Notes: generated by a model not told the origin, from the sequence alone. DNA of 63,190 bases, filler included, from Octopus bimaculoides (GCF_001194135.2; 5 parts of 3 records of this genome joined end to end with filler, not necessarily neighbours in it); one strand, 5' to 3'. Positions 1 to 12,848 are shown, numbered from the whole stretch's first letter. Numbers and translations: made by a program.

Positions 1-93
1 GTTTTCGAGTACGATAAAATCAAAGAAGCTGTGATGAGGGAAAGCTTTAGGCGAGAATATCTCAGGAGAACCAAGTTTTCAAATGTCGAATAA
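1..93 (+). mobile_element. R4/Dong-like (RLE-type) non-LTR retrotransposon fragment, RT thumb region
   Basis: Frame 1 reads VFEYDKIKEAVMRESFRREYLRRTKF, like the recalled R4/Dong-type post-RT motif (E.DKIK..EMKE....EY.RR); cut by the window edge. Confidence 0.55.
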
Positions 94-94
94 T

Positions 95-150
95 AACAAC
101 AACAACAACAACAACAGCAACAACAACAACAACAGCAGCAACAACAACAA
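95..150. repeat. (CAA)n microsatellite
   Basis: Direct reading, with a few CAG interruptions. Confidence 0.95.
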
Positions 151-680
151 TGCCAGGATGCAGTACCAGGCAGTGGCTCTCATGGCTTCTGATCTTAACT
201 GACTGGCATGTTTTGTCTTGGTATAAAAAGATGGGCTGCAGCAAATATTCTGCTCAATACCACAGATTCGCTAGTCAGTTGCTGGACCTTAACCAGTTGA
301 GCATGTCCCTTGGTGGCTGGTGATATGTGCATCTCTGATCATGAGCAGAAGTAGTGGGGGAGCATCATAGCGATGTCTTGAGAGGAATTCTTTGGGGTTT
401 GGATTATTTATCTCTGGAAACATGAGTGTTTTGTTTATCATCCTTAAACAACCCTTATTCAGGGACCTTTTGAGTAGGATGGGCTACTCGACCTGAAGGA
501 AATTCCAACTGGGCCCCACATGCACTGTTTATCATGATATGAAATCGCTATATCGTGCACATGTGATTACGACGCATGTGCCTCGTGTACCCTTATCAGA
601 CGGGTAGTCATGATGGGTATACTGAGCATCGTATATTTTACCCCAGTGTCACTTTGATGGCATGCACTGCTCTCTCACTC
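151..680. mobile_element. Unclassified ~530-bp non-coding repeat embedded between (CAA)n and (AAT)n tracts
   Basis: Complex, GC-richer block with sharp microsatellite boundaries at both ends (TGCCAGGATGCAGTACC... CTCTCTCACTC); resembles a repeat I recall from octopus DNA; single copy in this window. Confidence 0.5.

Positions 681-719
<39 letters not shown>
681..719. repeat. (AAT)n microsatellite
   Basis: Perfect AAT run. Confidence 0.95.
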
Positions 720-926
720 CCTTTCTACTATAGGTAGCAAGGCCTGAAATTTTGGGGAGGGGATAAGTCGATTACATCGACCCCAGTACGCAACTGGTAC
801 TTATTTAATCGACCTCGAAAGGTTGAAAGGCAAAGTCGACCTCGGCGGAATTTGAACTCAGAACGTAAGGACAGATGAAATGCCGCTAAGCATTTTGCCC
901 GGCGTGCTAACGGTTCCGCCAGCTCG
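720..926 (-). mobile_element. tRNA-derived SINE family A (Meta/MESC-like core), near full length
   Basis: Minus strand reads CGAGCTGGCGGAACCGTTAGCACGCCGGGC...TTCTGAGTTCAAATTCCGCCGAGGTCGACTTTGCCTTTCAACCTTTCGAGGTCGATTAAATAAGTACCAG; many homologous copies in the window. The core-domain name is from memory. Confidence 0.9.
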
Positions 927-2492
927 AATGCACATAGGTATTAAGTCAGGATGGTCACACCATTCTAGCCTTGACCCTCCTGACTTTTTCCTATGTGCAG
1001 TTAAGAGGACAAAATTATCGATCATGTTGTGTTCTAAGATGTTAGATGTGAACTGATGTAGATTAGCTGCTATTTCTAGTAAGGGAAAATGACTTTAACC
1101 ATAAGATTGCTAGCTACAACAACAATAACAACAACAACCACAACGAAACTATTAGAAACCATGAAACATCAAACGTTAACAGACACACAAAGAGGAAGAG
1201 GAAGGAGAGAAGGAAAAGGAGAAGGAGTAGATGGAGAAGATAGAACGATAGGAAGGCGAGGATAAAAGTCGAGTGAGGAGGAGGAGGAGAAGGAAAAAGA
1301 AAAGAAAAAGAAATAGAAGAGGGGGAGAAGGAAGAGGAAGCAGTAGCAGTAGTGTTTGAGGAAAAGAAAAAAGAAAACGAAGAAGGAACAGAAGGAAGAA
1401 GACTAGAAGAAAAAGGAGAGGAAGAAACATCATTAAAACAAAATATATCAAAAAAAAAAAACCTGTAAAATGATAGCATGACTGTAACTCAGTTATTTAA
1501 ATAAATATAATTTAATTAAACTTTGCAAATTCCACTCACGTGAAAAAAGAAAAAAAAAATCAAGGTGTTTCGTTTGTTTTATTATTCATGAAGTATTACA
1601 TAAATTCTTGCTTTACTAATGATTGATAAAAGACAATTGCACGCCAGAAAATAAATTTCAGTGAAATAGTTGACAGAAAATATATTAACCTTGTTAGAAT
1701 TGAAGCGAAATGACATTTCATTGGTGAGAGTTAAAAACCGGTGTTGATCAGCCATGAATAAATAAACGATAAATTAATATCTGATAAAAAAAAAGAAGTT
1801 TATTTTTTCTCTATTGCTCCTTGCTATTTTTTGTTTCTTTCCTTATATGTTTGTCTGTCGGTTTGCTTGTTTATTTGTGTGTGTGTTTATTTATATACAA
1901 AATGCTTCAAAACAAACGCTACAGAAGAGAGAAGTCAGCTGACAACATTCCTGTGAACATTTCTCGAAGAAGGAATCTTAAACCAGAAGTATTGAAATAA
2001 AACTAAATTCAACACATCGACTCGTATTATTTCTTACAAGTTGCATTGTTTAGCTTAAAAACGAAAGACACACACACACAAACACACACCAGTCGCTGTC
2101 GTAAATGGACGATACAGTTGTTCATAATCATTCGGGTAGTTTTGTTAGTGACAGATACTAAATAAAACATCGAGCAATCATATGCTGAGAACCTTTAGAT
2201 TAATTTTAGACACTCCAGCATCTGCCATTTTGTTTTTGAGTTTTAATATCGAATGAAATACTATTAGAAAAGTTCCTATTTCTTAATAATGAAATTTCAT
2301 TTGTTGTTTAGATTCCACTAAGATTTTTATCAATTAACGATCCTAATATCCATATATCTAATGTTATAAAATACTGGAAAATAGAGGCGAAGTATCTGCA
2401 TCTCACAATCTAAACATCTCGGAATATATCTTTTGAAATACGGCGAGTTAAAACCGAAAAGATGGAATGATAATATTAAGCCACATACTGGC

Positions 2493-2850
2493 TTATAAAT
2501 ACAAACACACACATACACAGCATATATATACACACAAACACACATACGAACATATATAGACGTACATATATCTATACACACACGGGCATACAGAATCGTA
2601 CACATTACATATATATACACTATTTGTGTGCACATATATACAAACACACACACACACATGCATACGAACGCATACAGACTGACACAGACATGTAAATACA
2701 CGCACGCAACCACATACACGTATACAGACACACTGTGTACAAAATACACACAAACACAACCAAACACATACATACACGCAATCACACGTACATATGTATA
2801 TACATACACACAGGCACATATACCTACGTAAATACACACACAATACATTG
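2493..2850. repeat. Degenerate (AC)/(AT)/(TACA) compound microsatellite
   Basis: Source of the VCVY/HTHT pseudo-ORFs. Confidence 0.9.
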
Positions 2851-3060
2851 TTTATTTCTATTCACACCTATTTTCAACATTTTATGTAAATCGTCGATAA
2901 TTCTCTCGTTTACTTTTCCCTTCAGATTTTATCGTGTTCAAATTTTAGAATTTTAAAAATTCTTATCGTGGTGAAACTGGCGAAATAAGGACACTCACGG
3001 TTAACCCGAGATTTGAACAGCGAGTTTCTATTTACATTTAAATAGAACGAAACGTAATAA

Positions 3061-3255
3061 GTGTGTCTATATATATATGCATATACATATATACGACAGG
3101 CTTCTTTCAGTTTCCGTCTACCAAATCCACTCACAAGGCTTTGGTCGGCTAGTGGCTATAGTAGAAAACACTTGCCCAAGGTACCACGCAGTGGGACTGA
3201 ACCCGGAACCATGTGGTTGGTAAGCAAGCTACTTACCGCACAGTCACTCCTGCGC
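3061..3255 (-). mobile_element. tRNA-derived SINE family B (CORE-like), 5' half
   Basis: Minus strand has A box (GGAGTGACTGTGCGGTAAG), B box (GGGTTCAGTCCC), CCTTGGGCAAGTG core start and the internal (AT)n; matches copies at 5245, 9441, 20012, 20480 and 57427. Confidence 0.9.
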
Positions 3256-3400
3256 TTATGTTTAGTTATTTTGAAAACATGGAAGCTTAAATCTTAAAAT
3301 ATATAACCATACAATTAACCCTAAAATCCTTAACATTACTCTGCTCCTTGTGGCAAAATTTGAAACCATTATTACAATTAGTATCTTGATATACTTCTAT

Positions 3401-3530
3401 CAGTTCAAATTCCGCCGAGGTCGACTTTGTCTTTCATCTTTTCGGGGTCGATAAATTAAGTACCAGTTGCGTACTAGGGTCGATCTTATCCAAAATTTCG
3501 GGCCTTGTGCCTAGAGCAGAAAAGAATATT
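3401..3530 (+). mobile_element. SINE family A, 5'-truncated
   Basis: AGTTCAAATTCCGCCGAGGTCGACTTTG...GGGGTCGATAAATTAAGTACCAG...GGCCTTGTGCCTAGAG. Confidence 0.9.
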
Positions 3531-4053
3531 CTTCTATCAGATAGTAACGCGCTGAGCAGTAATAAATTTAATTGGTTAATGGCCGGGTTCAAATTCTGCC
3601 ATTTGCAGATGTAACTTTATCCCATTGTTTGTCTGCAGGAAATATTTACTGTAATCACTTCAATAAACAACTGCTCCAACACATCATATGTGCAGTGCGA
3701 TTGGTAAAAATTGGCCATGAGGTCAAAGGGTCATATGACTGTATGAATGAAAGGATAGTTACGTCAAAAGTTATGGCTGCATCAGCCCAGTGAATGTATA
3801 ATGTAATAAATTAGATAAAAGTTGTGAGTTACGCCTAAGTATTATACTACATGATTGTATGGAGGATAATTGCGCCAGAAATTAAGGTTGTGCTAATTCA
3901 GTGAATGTGTCATGTGAAGGTATGAACAGCAGCAATACAATGTCAGAATAGCTAAAAATAAAGAACAAGCAATTTGTTTGTATGCGAGTTAAAGTGATTT
4001 TTATGTGTGAGAATATAAACTACAATAGTGTAAGGTCTCTGTTCGATATGTCG

Positions 4054-5000
4054 TTATAGCTTATTCAGTCGTGGCTTGTATTTTTGAATAAACATGTTTG
4101 CTTATTTGTCCGTATTTAATTTGTGTTTTGGTTTGGAATTTTCGCGATTTATTTACTGCTTGCAAGTCTAAATATTCGTTCAGCGGAATCTCTTTGGTAT
4201 CAGGATTTCGTATTTATTGTCCACAAATAATATTCAGTCTGCTTCTGCAGATAAGCTTCATTTGTCCTATGTAGCAATAACCATTACATTTAATAGCATA
4301 AATGGAAATTTTTGACGAACACGTGAAATGGATATTTTGCATTAAAAAAAATGCCCAGATTAAAATTTATAAGCCGAGTTTCCGTTTGGCTGAAGTAGGT
4401 TCCGTAAGTAGAGCAACAGTTCTTTTTGACTTTTGGTATTTATTTTTAGTTGGTAATATTTTAAGGGGATTTTTTTGTATTTAGTGTCTGATTATTTTGT
4501 GTAATTCGAGTGTTTTTTTCATTCTTGGATTTTGCTTCAATAATGTAATATTTTGATGGATAATGCTGCATGTTTCTGTATTCCATGGCACTACAGATGC
4601 ATAATGTTGTCTATTAGTTGTTTGCTTGATTTTCAAAGAACGGCGAACCTCGGTTCATCCTCGGCATTTTCTTCGTTATCTTCCTGAAGAGCGATTTCGT
4701 TGTTATTTGGAAAAAATTGTCCCTCCCCCGTTCTCTATTTTTTCGTTGTTTTACATTCAGTTTTCTTTTTCTGTGTTTTTTTCTCTCTTTTTACATTTCG
4801 TATTCACTGGAAATTTTTATCTGTAATAATTACTTCTTCATCGAACGACGAAGGTGTAGTTCTACCGGTTATCACTGTTAGCAGACGATATATTTGTTCT
4901 TCAATGGTGATACAAAGCCTTAAGATATTTGCTTTGCTTTCCCGGAGTTTAGTTGGTGGTGCTCAGGAAACTAAACTTTATTGTTTTTTTTGCAGCTTCT
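4054..5000 (-). mobile_element. Penelope-like element remnant (Neptune/Poseidon-type), RT thumb/linker plus C-terminal GIY-YIG endonuclease
   Basis: Minus frames read IIHQNITLLKQNPRMKKTLELHKII, FTCSSKISIYAIKCNGYCYIGQ (GIY-YIG), IRNPDTKEIPLNEYLDL and MFIQKYKPRLNKL* (stop 4054-4056), with frameshifts; the upstream boundary is approximate. Confidence 0.75.
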
Positions 5001-5244
5001 TTTCATTATTTTCATTTTCTTTGTTTTTATTTAATCTTCCAAGTTCTTATAGGCGTTCAGGTTGAAAAGCGGCTATTAATGGCAAAGGCCTGTTCTTAAT
5101 AAAGGTGTAATCGCTTTAATAGAATACTATTCAATTCCTCGTGAACTGTTATCGTTCGTGTAAGGAATTAAATTGTTCTCTACTACGACCATAGCAGTTC
5201 AGTGTGCAAAGCTCAATGCTACAGAAATGCGCTTTTATATATTT

Positions 5245-5631
5245 ATGACTTGTTTCGGTGACCGGACTGCGACCATGCTGTGACACCAACTTGAAGGGGT
5301 TTTGATACCAGTTTTTTTATAGTTTGATGCTCATTCTATCCGTCTGTTTTGCCGAATCGCTAAGTTGCAAGGTCATTAACAAACCAACACCGATTGTCAC
5401 GCAGTGGGTAGGGTGAGGGCAACAAACTCAGACACAAATCCACAGACACGCACATATGTATATAGACGACAGGCTTCCACATAGTTTCCGATCACTAAAT
5501 TTACTCACAAGACATTGGTCGGCACGGGGCTATAGTTGAAGACATTTGCCCAAAATGCCGTGCAGTGGGACCGAACCTAAAACTCCGTGGTTGCCAGACG
5601 AGTTCTTATACCACACAACCATGCCTGCACC
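5245..5631 (-). mobile_element. SINE family B, full length, diverged
   Basis: Head, CORE-like part, central microsatellite and 3' part (TTCGGCAAAACAGACGGATAGAATGAG) all alignable to younger copies. Confidence 0.85.
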
Positions 5632-6639
5632 TATGTAAGTAGTACATTTCACAATCTAATGGTGTAAATGAGATTTAGTCAATCCACGCAAATTAAAAAA
5701 GAACAAAGCTTCATGTGAAAGGGAAAACAGTTTGATTTCATTTGAAGTTGTTATTAAACATGATATTTTCATCTTTGATTAAAATTCTTTAATCATTAAA
5801 ACAATTGTAAACTGTTTGTTGCGAGTTTAATCACGTGTGGAAAGGAAATAAATGATAGAATATGAGGAAATCGTAGGACGCGGAGGAAACTCACACATCG
5901 AAATATTTTCATAGCCAAGAACAATAAGTTCCATGAAACAAAGTTGATATATAATTCGTACTCGGATCAAATTTGCGATGAAGCCCAGCTTATATGATAT
6001 TAGATCTGCGCTCACCATAGCATTGGTAATTCGGAAAACTTTCACATTAGTATTCAGGAAGTATAATATTCAACTCGGAACGTGAGGAACCGGAATAAAT
6101 GTTACAAAGCATTTTGTCCGATGGTCTAATGATTCTGTCAATTCACAAGAATAATACATAAAACATTATTACTTATTCCATATAAAGGATCGAAATATAT
6201 CTTTATATTTTTCAATGAAGATATTTTATCCAGGAGCGTGTGTCTGAAGGAATAATGCTTGGGGAAGAGAGAAGAGAGAAGGAAGAGGCTGTTTAAAGGG
6301 TCACATTTGATTCCTTGCCTGCTCATATGTAAAGGAAGAAATACCTTTATCTTCACCTCTTTTCTCTCCTGTGTGTGATTTTTTAAGCATCAGCAAATTC
6401 GAAGTTTGGCCATGAAGGCTACACACCTTGCATGCTGTAATAGACCGTATCATATTCCTCGCGAAAAGTTGCATTTGTGGAGACCAATTTACGAGTGGTT
6501 TGGTGCAACCGTTTGTGAGAAAATGGACGTACAACACAAGGAAGGGAAGTTTTGATGACATTTCGAGCTGGCTGACCAAGAATCTTGATGCTCTCACTCT
6601 GTGCCATCATCGTTGTTGTTTCGCACCAGATCAGCCATT

Positions 6640-6940
6640 TTACACTCTGCCAACGCCGCCATTACCGCTAACACCATCACCGTCACCATCATTGTCACCA
6701 CCTCAACACTATCACCAGTATCATCACCATTGTCACCATCATCATCATCTTCACTACCACCACCTTCACCACCACCACCTTCACCACCACCACCTTCANN
6801 NNNNNNNNCCACCACCTTCACCACCACCACCTTCACCACCACCACCTTCACTACCACCACCTTCACCACCACCACCTTCACTACCACCACCTTCACTACC
6901 ACCACCTTCACTATCACCACTTCACTTTCTCCTTCATTAT
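6640..6940. repeat. CAC/CAT triplet repeat and 15-bp minisatellite (CCACCACCACCTTCA)n
   Basis: About 9 near-identical 15-bp units at 6755-6915, interrupted by a 10-N gap. Confidence 0.9.
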
Positions 6941-8015
6941 CACTATTTATAATATCAATACTTTTAAGAAAGGCAAAAATGTCACAACAACCCCACGAAT
7001 CAGACGTCTTGTTCCCAGTTAAAAGAAATCAATATATAATAGGTAGTTTTTTCCAGCTTCATCTTGTTTCATTGAGATCATTTGAAAATGTCAATTTTGT
7101 AGGCTATCGTCTGCTTCAGTGAAAAAAAAAAATACTTTCCAATATGCCTGAGGTTGTTTAACCGCAGGTCAACCCTGATCTGTTATGTCTTATCTATGTC
7201 TCACACATTAAAGACAGTTATGCGCCGTTTCTAAATTTCTTTCTACCTTTAAGATTGTAGTATTTCAAACTTTAATGTTATCTATTGTTTAACCTTTACT
7301 ACGACTGAATAGTTTAAAATAATATAAGAAAACAGAAACAAAAAGATCAATCCATTCGATATCTTAGTTGTTTGACAGAGACAGATGTGTCTTTGACATC
7401 CACTGACAGTAACCAACATTTTTCAATTTCTTTAACAGCTTCCCAACACACTTCTCATTTCTTCGCAGATTTGATTCTGCAACAACAAACTCCAGAATTC
7501 AGTTCACCTCACAGAGCACAATATCTTACTCTACGATTTTCATTTACTGTTCTTATTTTCATAAACTATTTTTTCGATGCAGGCTATTACTAGTTTCCAT
7601 AGAGTCAGTCAATATTTTCTGACTTACAGATGACAATAAAGCATTCAGATGTAGATCTAAAAAACACGTTATGTAGATGGCGAATAAAATTGATCGTATT
7701 TTGAAACGATATAAACTTAGTTGTATAATGTATCAAACTACCAGTGAAGTTATAATATTTGTAAATACGATAAATAAGATGCCTGCTCCCAACGTAAAAC
7801 GCAGTTGCTACTTTAATAACTTCAGGAAGGAGCAACTCTGCCTAACTCTGGCTGGTCTCTTCCTTCGACTTGGTTCTCTTAAATGCGGTTCAAAACGGAA
7901 TTCAATATCTGGAAAGATTATTAATTCAGTGTTATTTAGAAAACTAGTCTCTAGTCTCGAACACCACCACCACCACCACCACCACCACCACCACCACCAC
8001 CATCACCACATGGTT

Positions 8016-8164
8016 CATTATTTACATTATTTACATTCGATGGATCTTTGTCCTCATCTTGTTTCTTGTTAACACAACGTTTCGGCTGATATACCCTCCA
8101 GCCTTCATCAGGTCTCTTGGGGGAAATTTCAAACTTGGGTTCTCATTCCTTAGGTATTTTTCCA

Positions 8165-8199
<35 letters not shown>

Positions 8200-8260
8200 G
8201 AACTCGGAATCGTGGGTTTAGTAGCCCTTACTCTTAACCACTACGCCATATGCTCGTGGG
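8016..8260 (-). mobile_element. Composite non-autonomous retroelement: tRNA-like head + (AAT)n + tail carrying a hammerhead core + (TGTAAATAA)2 end
   Basis: Minus strand has A box TGGCGTAGTGG, anticodon-like loop CTACTAA and B box GAGTTCGAAT (8260-8196), then (AAT)n (8198-8167), a unique tail with CTGATGA...GAAAC, and tandem TGTAAATAA at the end. Confidence 0.65.
8071..8116 (-). ncRNA. Minimal type I hammerhead ribozyme (Penelope-type, palindromic stem III)
   Basis: GAGAC-CUGAUGA-A-GGCUG(GAGGGUAUAU)CAGCC-GAAAC-GUU/GUGUU: full core, perfect 5-bp stem II, self-complementary AACGUU in place of a stem III loop, stem I 4/5 paired. Confidence 0.75.
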
Positions 8261-8297
8261 CGTATGGCGTAGTGGTTAAAAGTAAGGGCTACTAACC
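8215..8297. repeat. Near-perfect ~38-bp inverted repeat: head-to-head duplication of the tRNA-like head
   Basis: TTAGTAGCCCTTACTCTTAACCACTACGCCATATGC at 8218-8253 versus the reverse complement ending at 8295; about 2 mismatches, loop of only a few nt. Confidence 0.9.
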
Positions 8298-8959
8298 TTT
8301 TACTTGTGGAAGTACCTTCATTTCTCTGTTTTACCAAATATTTCTCTACGATTACTCCTGCCGGTAACATTCTCCTCCAAAATACCAGCATGTTTCTCTT
8401 CCAAAGTATTTTACTGCAACTGGTTCGGTTAGATTCGTTCATTTTTGAGGTTTAAAATCCATAGAAACATATCCACCTTCAATAATTCTTGTTTCGTTAG
8501 GGAGGCGTTGCGCGTCGCCATTTTATGCAGGTATGTAAACAAGAGAGAAAAACAACAGAAGTTCAGTCTTTTTTTCGTCTGCAAACTTGCATGGCAGACT
8601 TCCAAGGATATGTTCAAATATTCCCATGTATGAAAAAAAAAAAATGAAGAAAAAAAGAGACAAAATAGAAAAGTTGTAATAATTATTCTTTCATGCATAA
8701 AACTTGTTAGAATCCAGCCTGAAGAGCAATATCAAAAACACGTTTGAACAGGTCGGCAGTGAATAATAATATTAAAAAAAAAGAAGAAAAAATGGTGGTG
8801 GTGGTGGTGGTGGTGATGATGATGATGAACGGCAGCTATTATACTGATGAGGGTGATGATGGTTGAGAAGCAAAGCGATAAGGCATTTTAAATGAGTGTC
8901 GTTAACATGGCGGTGGTGATGGTAGTGACGATAATGCTGGCTGGTGATGTTGTTGCTCA

Positions 8960-9094
8960 TGCTGCTGCTGGTGATGATGATGAAGATGATGATGATGAAG
9001 ATGATGATGATGATGATGATGATAATAAAAGTGGTGGTGATGATGATGATGATGATTGTGGTAGTGATGAAGATGATAGAAAGAGAGAGAGAGG

Positions 9095-9177
<83 letters not shown>
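8960..9177. repeat. (GAT)n followed by (GA)n microsatellites
   Basis: Direct reading; source of poly-D and ERERER pseudo-ORFs. Confidence 0.95.
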
Positions 9178-9179
<2 letters not shown>

Positions 9180-9373
9180 CAGGAGGTAATCGATGGGTTG
9201 TTATTTCAAAATTCAACATGCAAATGCTGAACGGAGATTTTCTATAACTATGGCCATTATTATTGTTTTATTTCTGTTTGTTAAAACCACACTATACTAC
9301 GAGTATTTGTCGATAGTATTTAGATTATCACGTATATAATTATATACACATATGCTTTGTATACATACATACA

Positions 9374-9407
<34 letters not shown>

Positions 9408-9440
9408 AGTATATTTATGTATATATAATATATAGCTTTT

Positions 9441-9770
9441 TTTTACTCTTTTACTTGTTTCAGTCATTTGACTGCGGCCATGCTGGAGCATTGCCTTTTA
9501 GTCGAGCAAATCGATCCCAGGACTTATTCTTTATAAGCCTAGTACTTATTCTATCGTTCTCTTTTGCCGAACCGCCAGCTTACGGGGACGTAAATACACC
9601 ACCATCGGTTGTCAAGCAATGTTGGAGGGGGACAAACACAGACACATACACATCTATATATATACATATATATGACGGGCTTCTTTCAGTTTCCGTCTAC
9701 CAAATCCACTCACAAGACACTTGCCCAAGGTGCCACGCAGTGGGACTGAACCCGGAACCTTGAGGTTGGT
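9441..9770 (-). mobile_element. SINE family B with internal ~29-bp deletion
   Basis: High similarity to the other B copies; CACAAG is joined directly to ACACTTGCCC. Confidence 0.9.
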
Positions 9771-9928
9771 GCAGTTGGAAGTATGACTATGCTACAAGTA
9801 AATTTAGAGCTGTTCATTGATTATCCTTATCCAGTTATCTTGCAGTAAAGAGATCTAGGGAACAATGGTACTTATATATATATATATGTGTGTATGTGTG
9901 TGTTTGTGCGTGTATGTGTGTGTGTGTG

Positions 9929-9968
<40 letters not shown>

Positions 9969-10579
9969 CATACACACACACATGTTCTAAATGGGTATAA
10001 ATGTATAAGCTCAACAAGGCAGCACGTGCCACAGACAGCTATATCGCTTCTAAAGATTCCTATGAGCTTCTAAATCTCGTTGCTAAACATGTGCTGTCAG
10101 TCGTCTGTCTCCTCACTCTGTCTATCACGAATANNNNNNNNNNNNNNNNNNNNNNNNNNNNNNNNNNNNNNNNNNNNNNNNNNNNNNNNNNNNNNNNNNN
10201 NNNNNNNNNNNNNNNNNNNNNNNNNNNNNNNNNNNNNNNNNNNNNNNNNNNNNNNNNNNNNNNNNNNNNNNNNNNNNNNNNNNNNNNNNNNNNNNNNNNN
10301 NNNNNNNNNNNNNNNNNNNNNNNNNNNNNNNNNNNNNNNNNNNNNNNNNNNNNNNNNNNNNNNNNNNNNNNNNNNNNNNNNNNNNNNNNNNNNNNNNNNN
10401 NNNNNNNNNNNNNNNNNNNNNNNNNNNNNNNNNNNNNNNNNNNNNNNNNNNNNNNNNNNNNNNNNNNNNNNNNNNNNNNNNNNNNNNNNNNNNNNNNNNN
10501 NNNNNNNNNNNNNNNNNNNNNNNNNNNNNNNNNNNNNNNNNNNNNNNNNNNNNNNNNNNNNNNNNNNNNNNNNNNNNNN

Positions 10580-10634
<55 letters not shown>

Positions 10635-10776
10635 TATACATATATATTTGCGTGTGTGTGTGTATACACACACACATATACGCACACGCATATACATATC
10701 TGTAGATATATAGATAGATAAATATATCAATCTGTCTATCTATCTATCTGTCTATCTATCCATCTGTCTGCCTGCC

Positions 10777-10807
<31 letters not shown>

Positions 10808-10915
10808 TTGGCCGTCCGTCCGCCCGTCACTCTTTCAATCGATATGTAATGCATATGGATGTATATATATATATGTGCGCGCGCGCGCGAATGGGTGTAT
10901 GCGTATATGTTTACA

Positions 10916-10979
<64 letters not shown>

Positions 10980-11354
10980 ACACACACACACACTCGCTCG
11001 CACGTTCCCTCTTTTCCTCTCTGTTACTTTTTTTTTTAACCCTTTCCTCCATTTCCTGCTAAATTCTATAATGGTGCTTCATACTGAATATGTTTACACA
11101 CATCAAATATAGTTGTGTTAATATATTTTTTATGAGCTGCTAATTTTACACGAAACTCAGTAAGTTCCCTCTTATCTCTTCGTTCTGTAAAAAAAATAAA
11201 TAAATAAATAACCAAAAAATAAAGAAAAAAATGCAGAAACATTTCAAATGTATATTTTTGGTGTGAAGAAAAAAATCATCATCGTCATCATCATCGTCAT
11301 CACCATCGTCGTCATCTTCTCTTCCTCTCCGTTCCTCCGTCTCCCCTCCTCATC

Positions 11355-11440
<86 letters not shown>
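11355..11440. repeat. (ATT)n microsatellite
   Basis: Long perfect run directly 5' of a SINE A. Confidence 0.95.
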
Positions 11441-11441
<1 letters not shown>

Positions 11442-11650
11442 GGCGGCGAGATGGCAGAATTGTTAGCACACCAGGTGAAATGCTGAGCGGTATTTCGTCT
11501 GCCTCTATTTTCTGAGTTCAAATTCTGCTAAGGTCAACTTTGCCTTTCATCCTTTCAGGGTCGATAAATTAAGTACCAGTTACATACTGGGGTCAATCTA
11601 ATCGACTGGCCTCCTACCCCCAAATTTCGGGCATTGTACCTAGAGTAGAA
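11441..11650 (+). mobile_element. SINE family A, full length
   Basis: AGGCGGCGAGATGGCAGAATTGTTAGC...CCTAGAGTAGAA, flanked by (ATT)n on both sides. Confidence 0.9.
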
Positions 11651-11680
11651 ATTATTATTATTATCATTTTTATTAACCAG

Positions 11681-11880
11681 CCGAGTTGGCAGAAACGTTA
11701 GCACGCCGGGCGAAATGCTTAGCGGTATATTGTCTGCTGCTACGATCTGTGTTCAAATTCCGCTGAGGTTGCCTTTTATCCTTTCGGTGTCGAAGAAATA
11801 AGTACTTGTCGTGCACTGGGCCGATGTAATCGACTCATCCCCACCTTCCCTAAAATTTTCAAGGCCTTGTGTCTACAGAA
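11681..11880 (+). mobile_element. SINE family A, second tandem copy
   Basis: CCGAGTTGGCAGAAACGTTAGCACGCCGGGCGAAATGC...GGCCTTGTG. Confidence 0.9.
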
Positions 11881-12848
11881 GACATAATAATAATAATTAA
11901 ATCTTTTATTGGACAAAAGGGCTCACATACAAAAACACCATGGCCGTCTTTCATTGTTTTCGTAATGCCCATCCGCTCCTCAAATAACCGACTTCCATAA
12001 TTTTTCTCCTTTGCTTCATTATAAACAGTTGACATTCTAATACCATAATCATTTTGCAGCTTTCACACAGCCACACAACGGTCTAGTTTTTTTTTTTTGT
12101 ATCACTTTAACTGATGGGTAATGTACATTTTATGCCCCAACCACTGAAACCATAGCTCGTATGATAAAGCTTGAATAAATACGAAGTGGACAAAACGAGA
12201 GATAGCCAGACGATACTGCAGTGTAGACAATTTAAGGAGAGGGCATCGCCTGTAATGTCGTCTGTGCAGCGAGTAAACAAATATGGTGGGAACGAATTTT
12301 CTGGATGTTTGTGAAAAAGAGATTCCATCCCGTCAATGTCCGGGGAATCGGTGTATTTGTAATATTACACTCTCATACTACACTTTGATGTTAACCAAAA
12401 GGCCAAGAAGCGATAGTGTCTCTTGTAATATTAATAAATAGTATCACAGGATCATGACTTCAGTGTTAGATTATCTTTTATACGCAAGGGTTTTGCTTTA
12501 TCGGAAGCGAGTAACAGCTTCCACCACCACCACCACCACTACCAAAAGGGGTGGATATGTAAACAAGATTTTTATACTTCTGTTTATTGTTAGAGATGTA
12601 TGAATTATGCCGTGTGTTTAGGGAAGACATTAAAGTTGACAATAAAATCCAAAATACTATATTTAAACAGAAGTGTCATGTGATTCACGATAAAAGAAGA
12701 ATATCGAAGCCCTGGGGTGTAATTTGAATCGAATGAATTAAAACCAACGTCGTAAACATTTTTTGTTTAGATCTACAATAAGGCATTACTTAAATGTTAT
12801 TATTTATTTGTTGTATACAAAGGTAAATTCTGTAAATAATTATTTAAA

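Noticed and set aside
3758-3785. Hammerhead-like CUGAUGC-AGCC...GAC-GUAAC about 270 nt 3' of the 4 kb PLE stop
   Set aside because: The position fits a pLTR, but three key positions are mutated; cannot be supported without a consensus.
6360-6440. C2H2 zinc-finger-like CKVC...SNLLMLKKSHTGEK on the minus strand
   Set aside because: Spacing is one residue short, the first His is Leu and no neighbouring fingers exist; chance or an unrecognisable relic.
6428-7122. Extensin-like SPPPP / TTTTF ORFs
   Set aside because: Produced by a nearly invariant 15-bp minisatellite spanning a gap; no synonymous variation or splice support.
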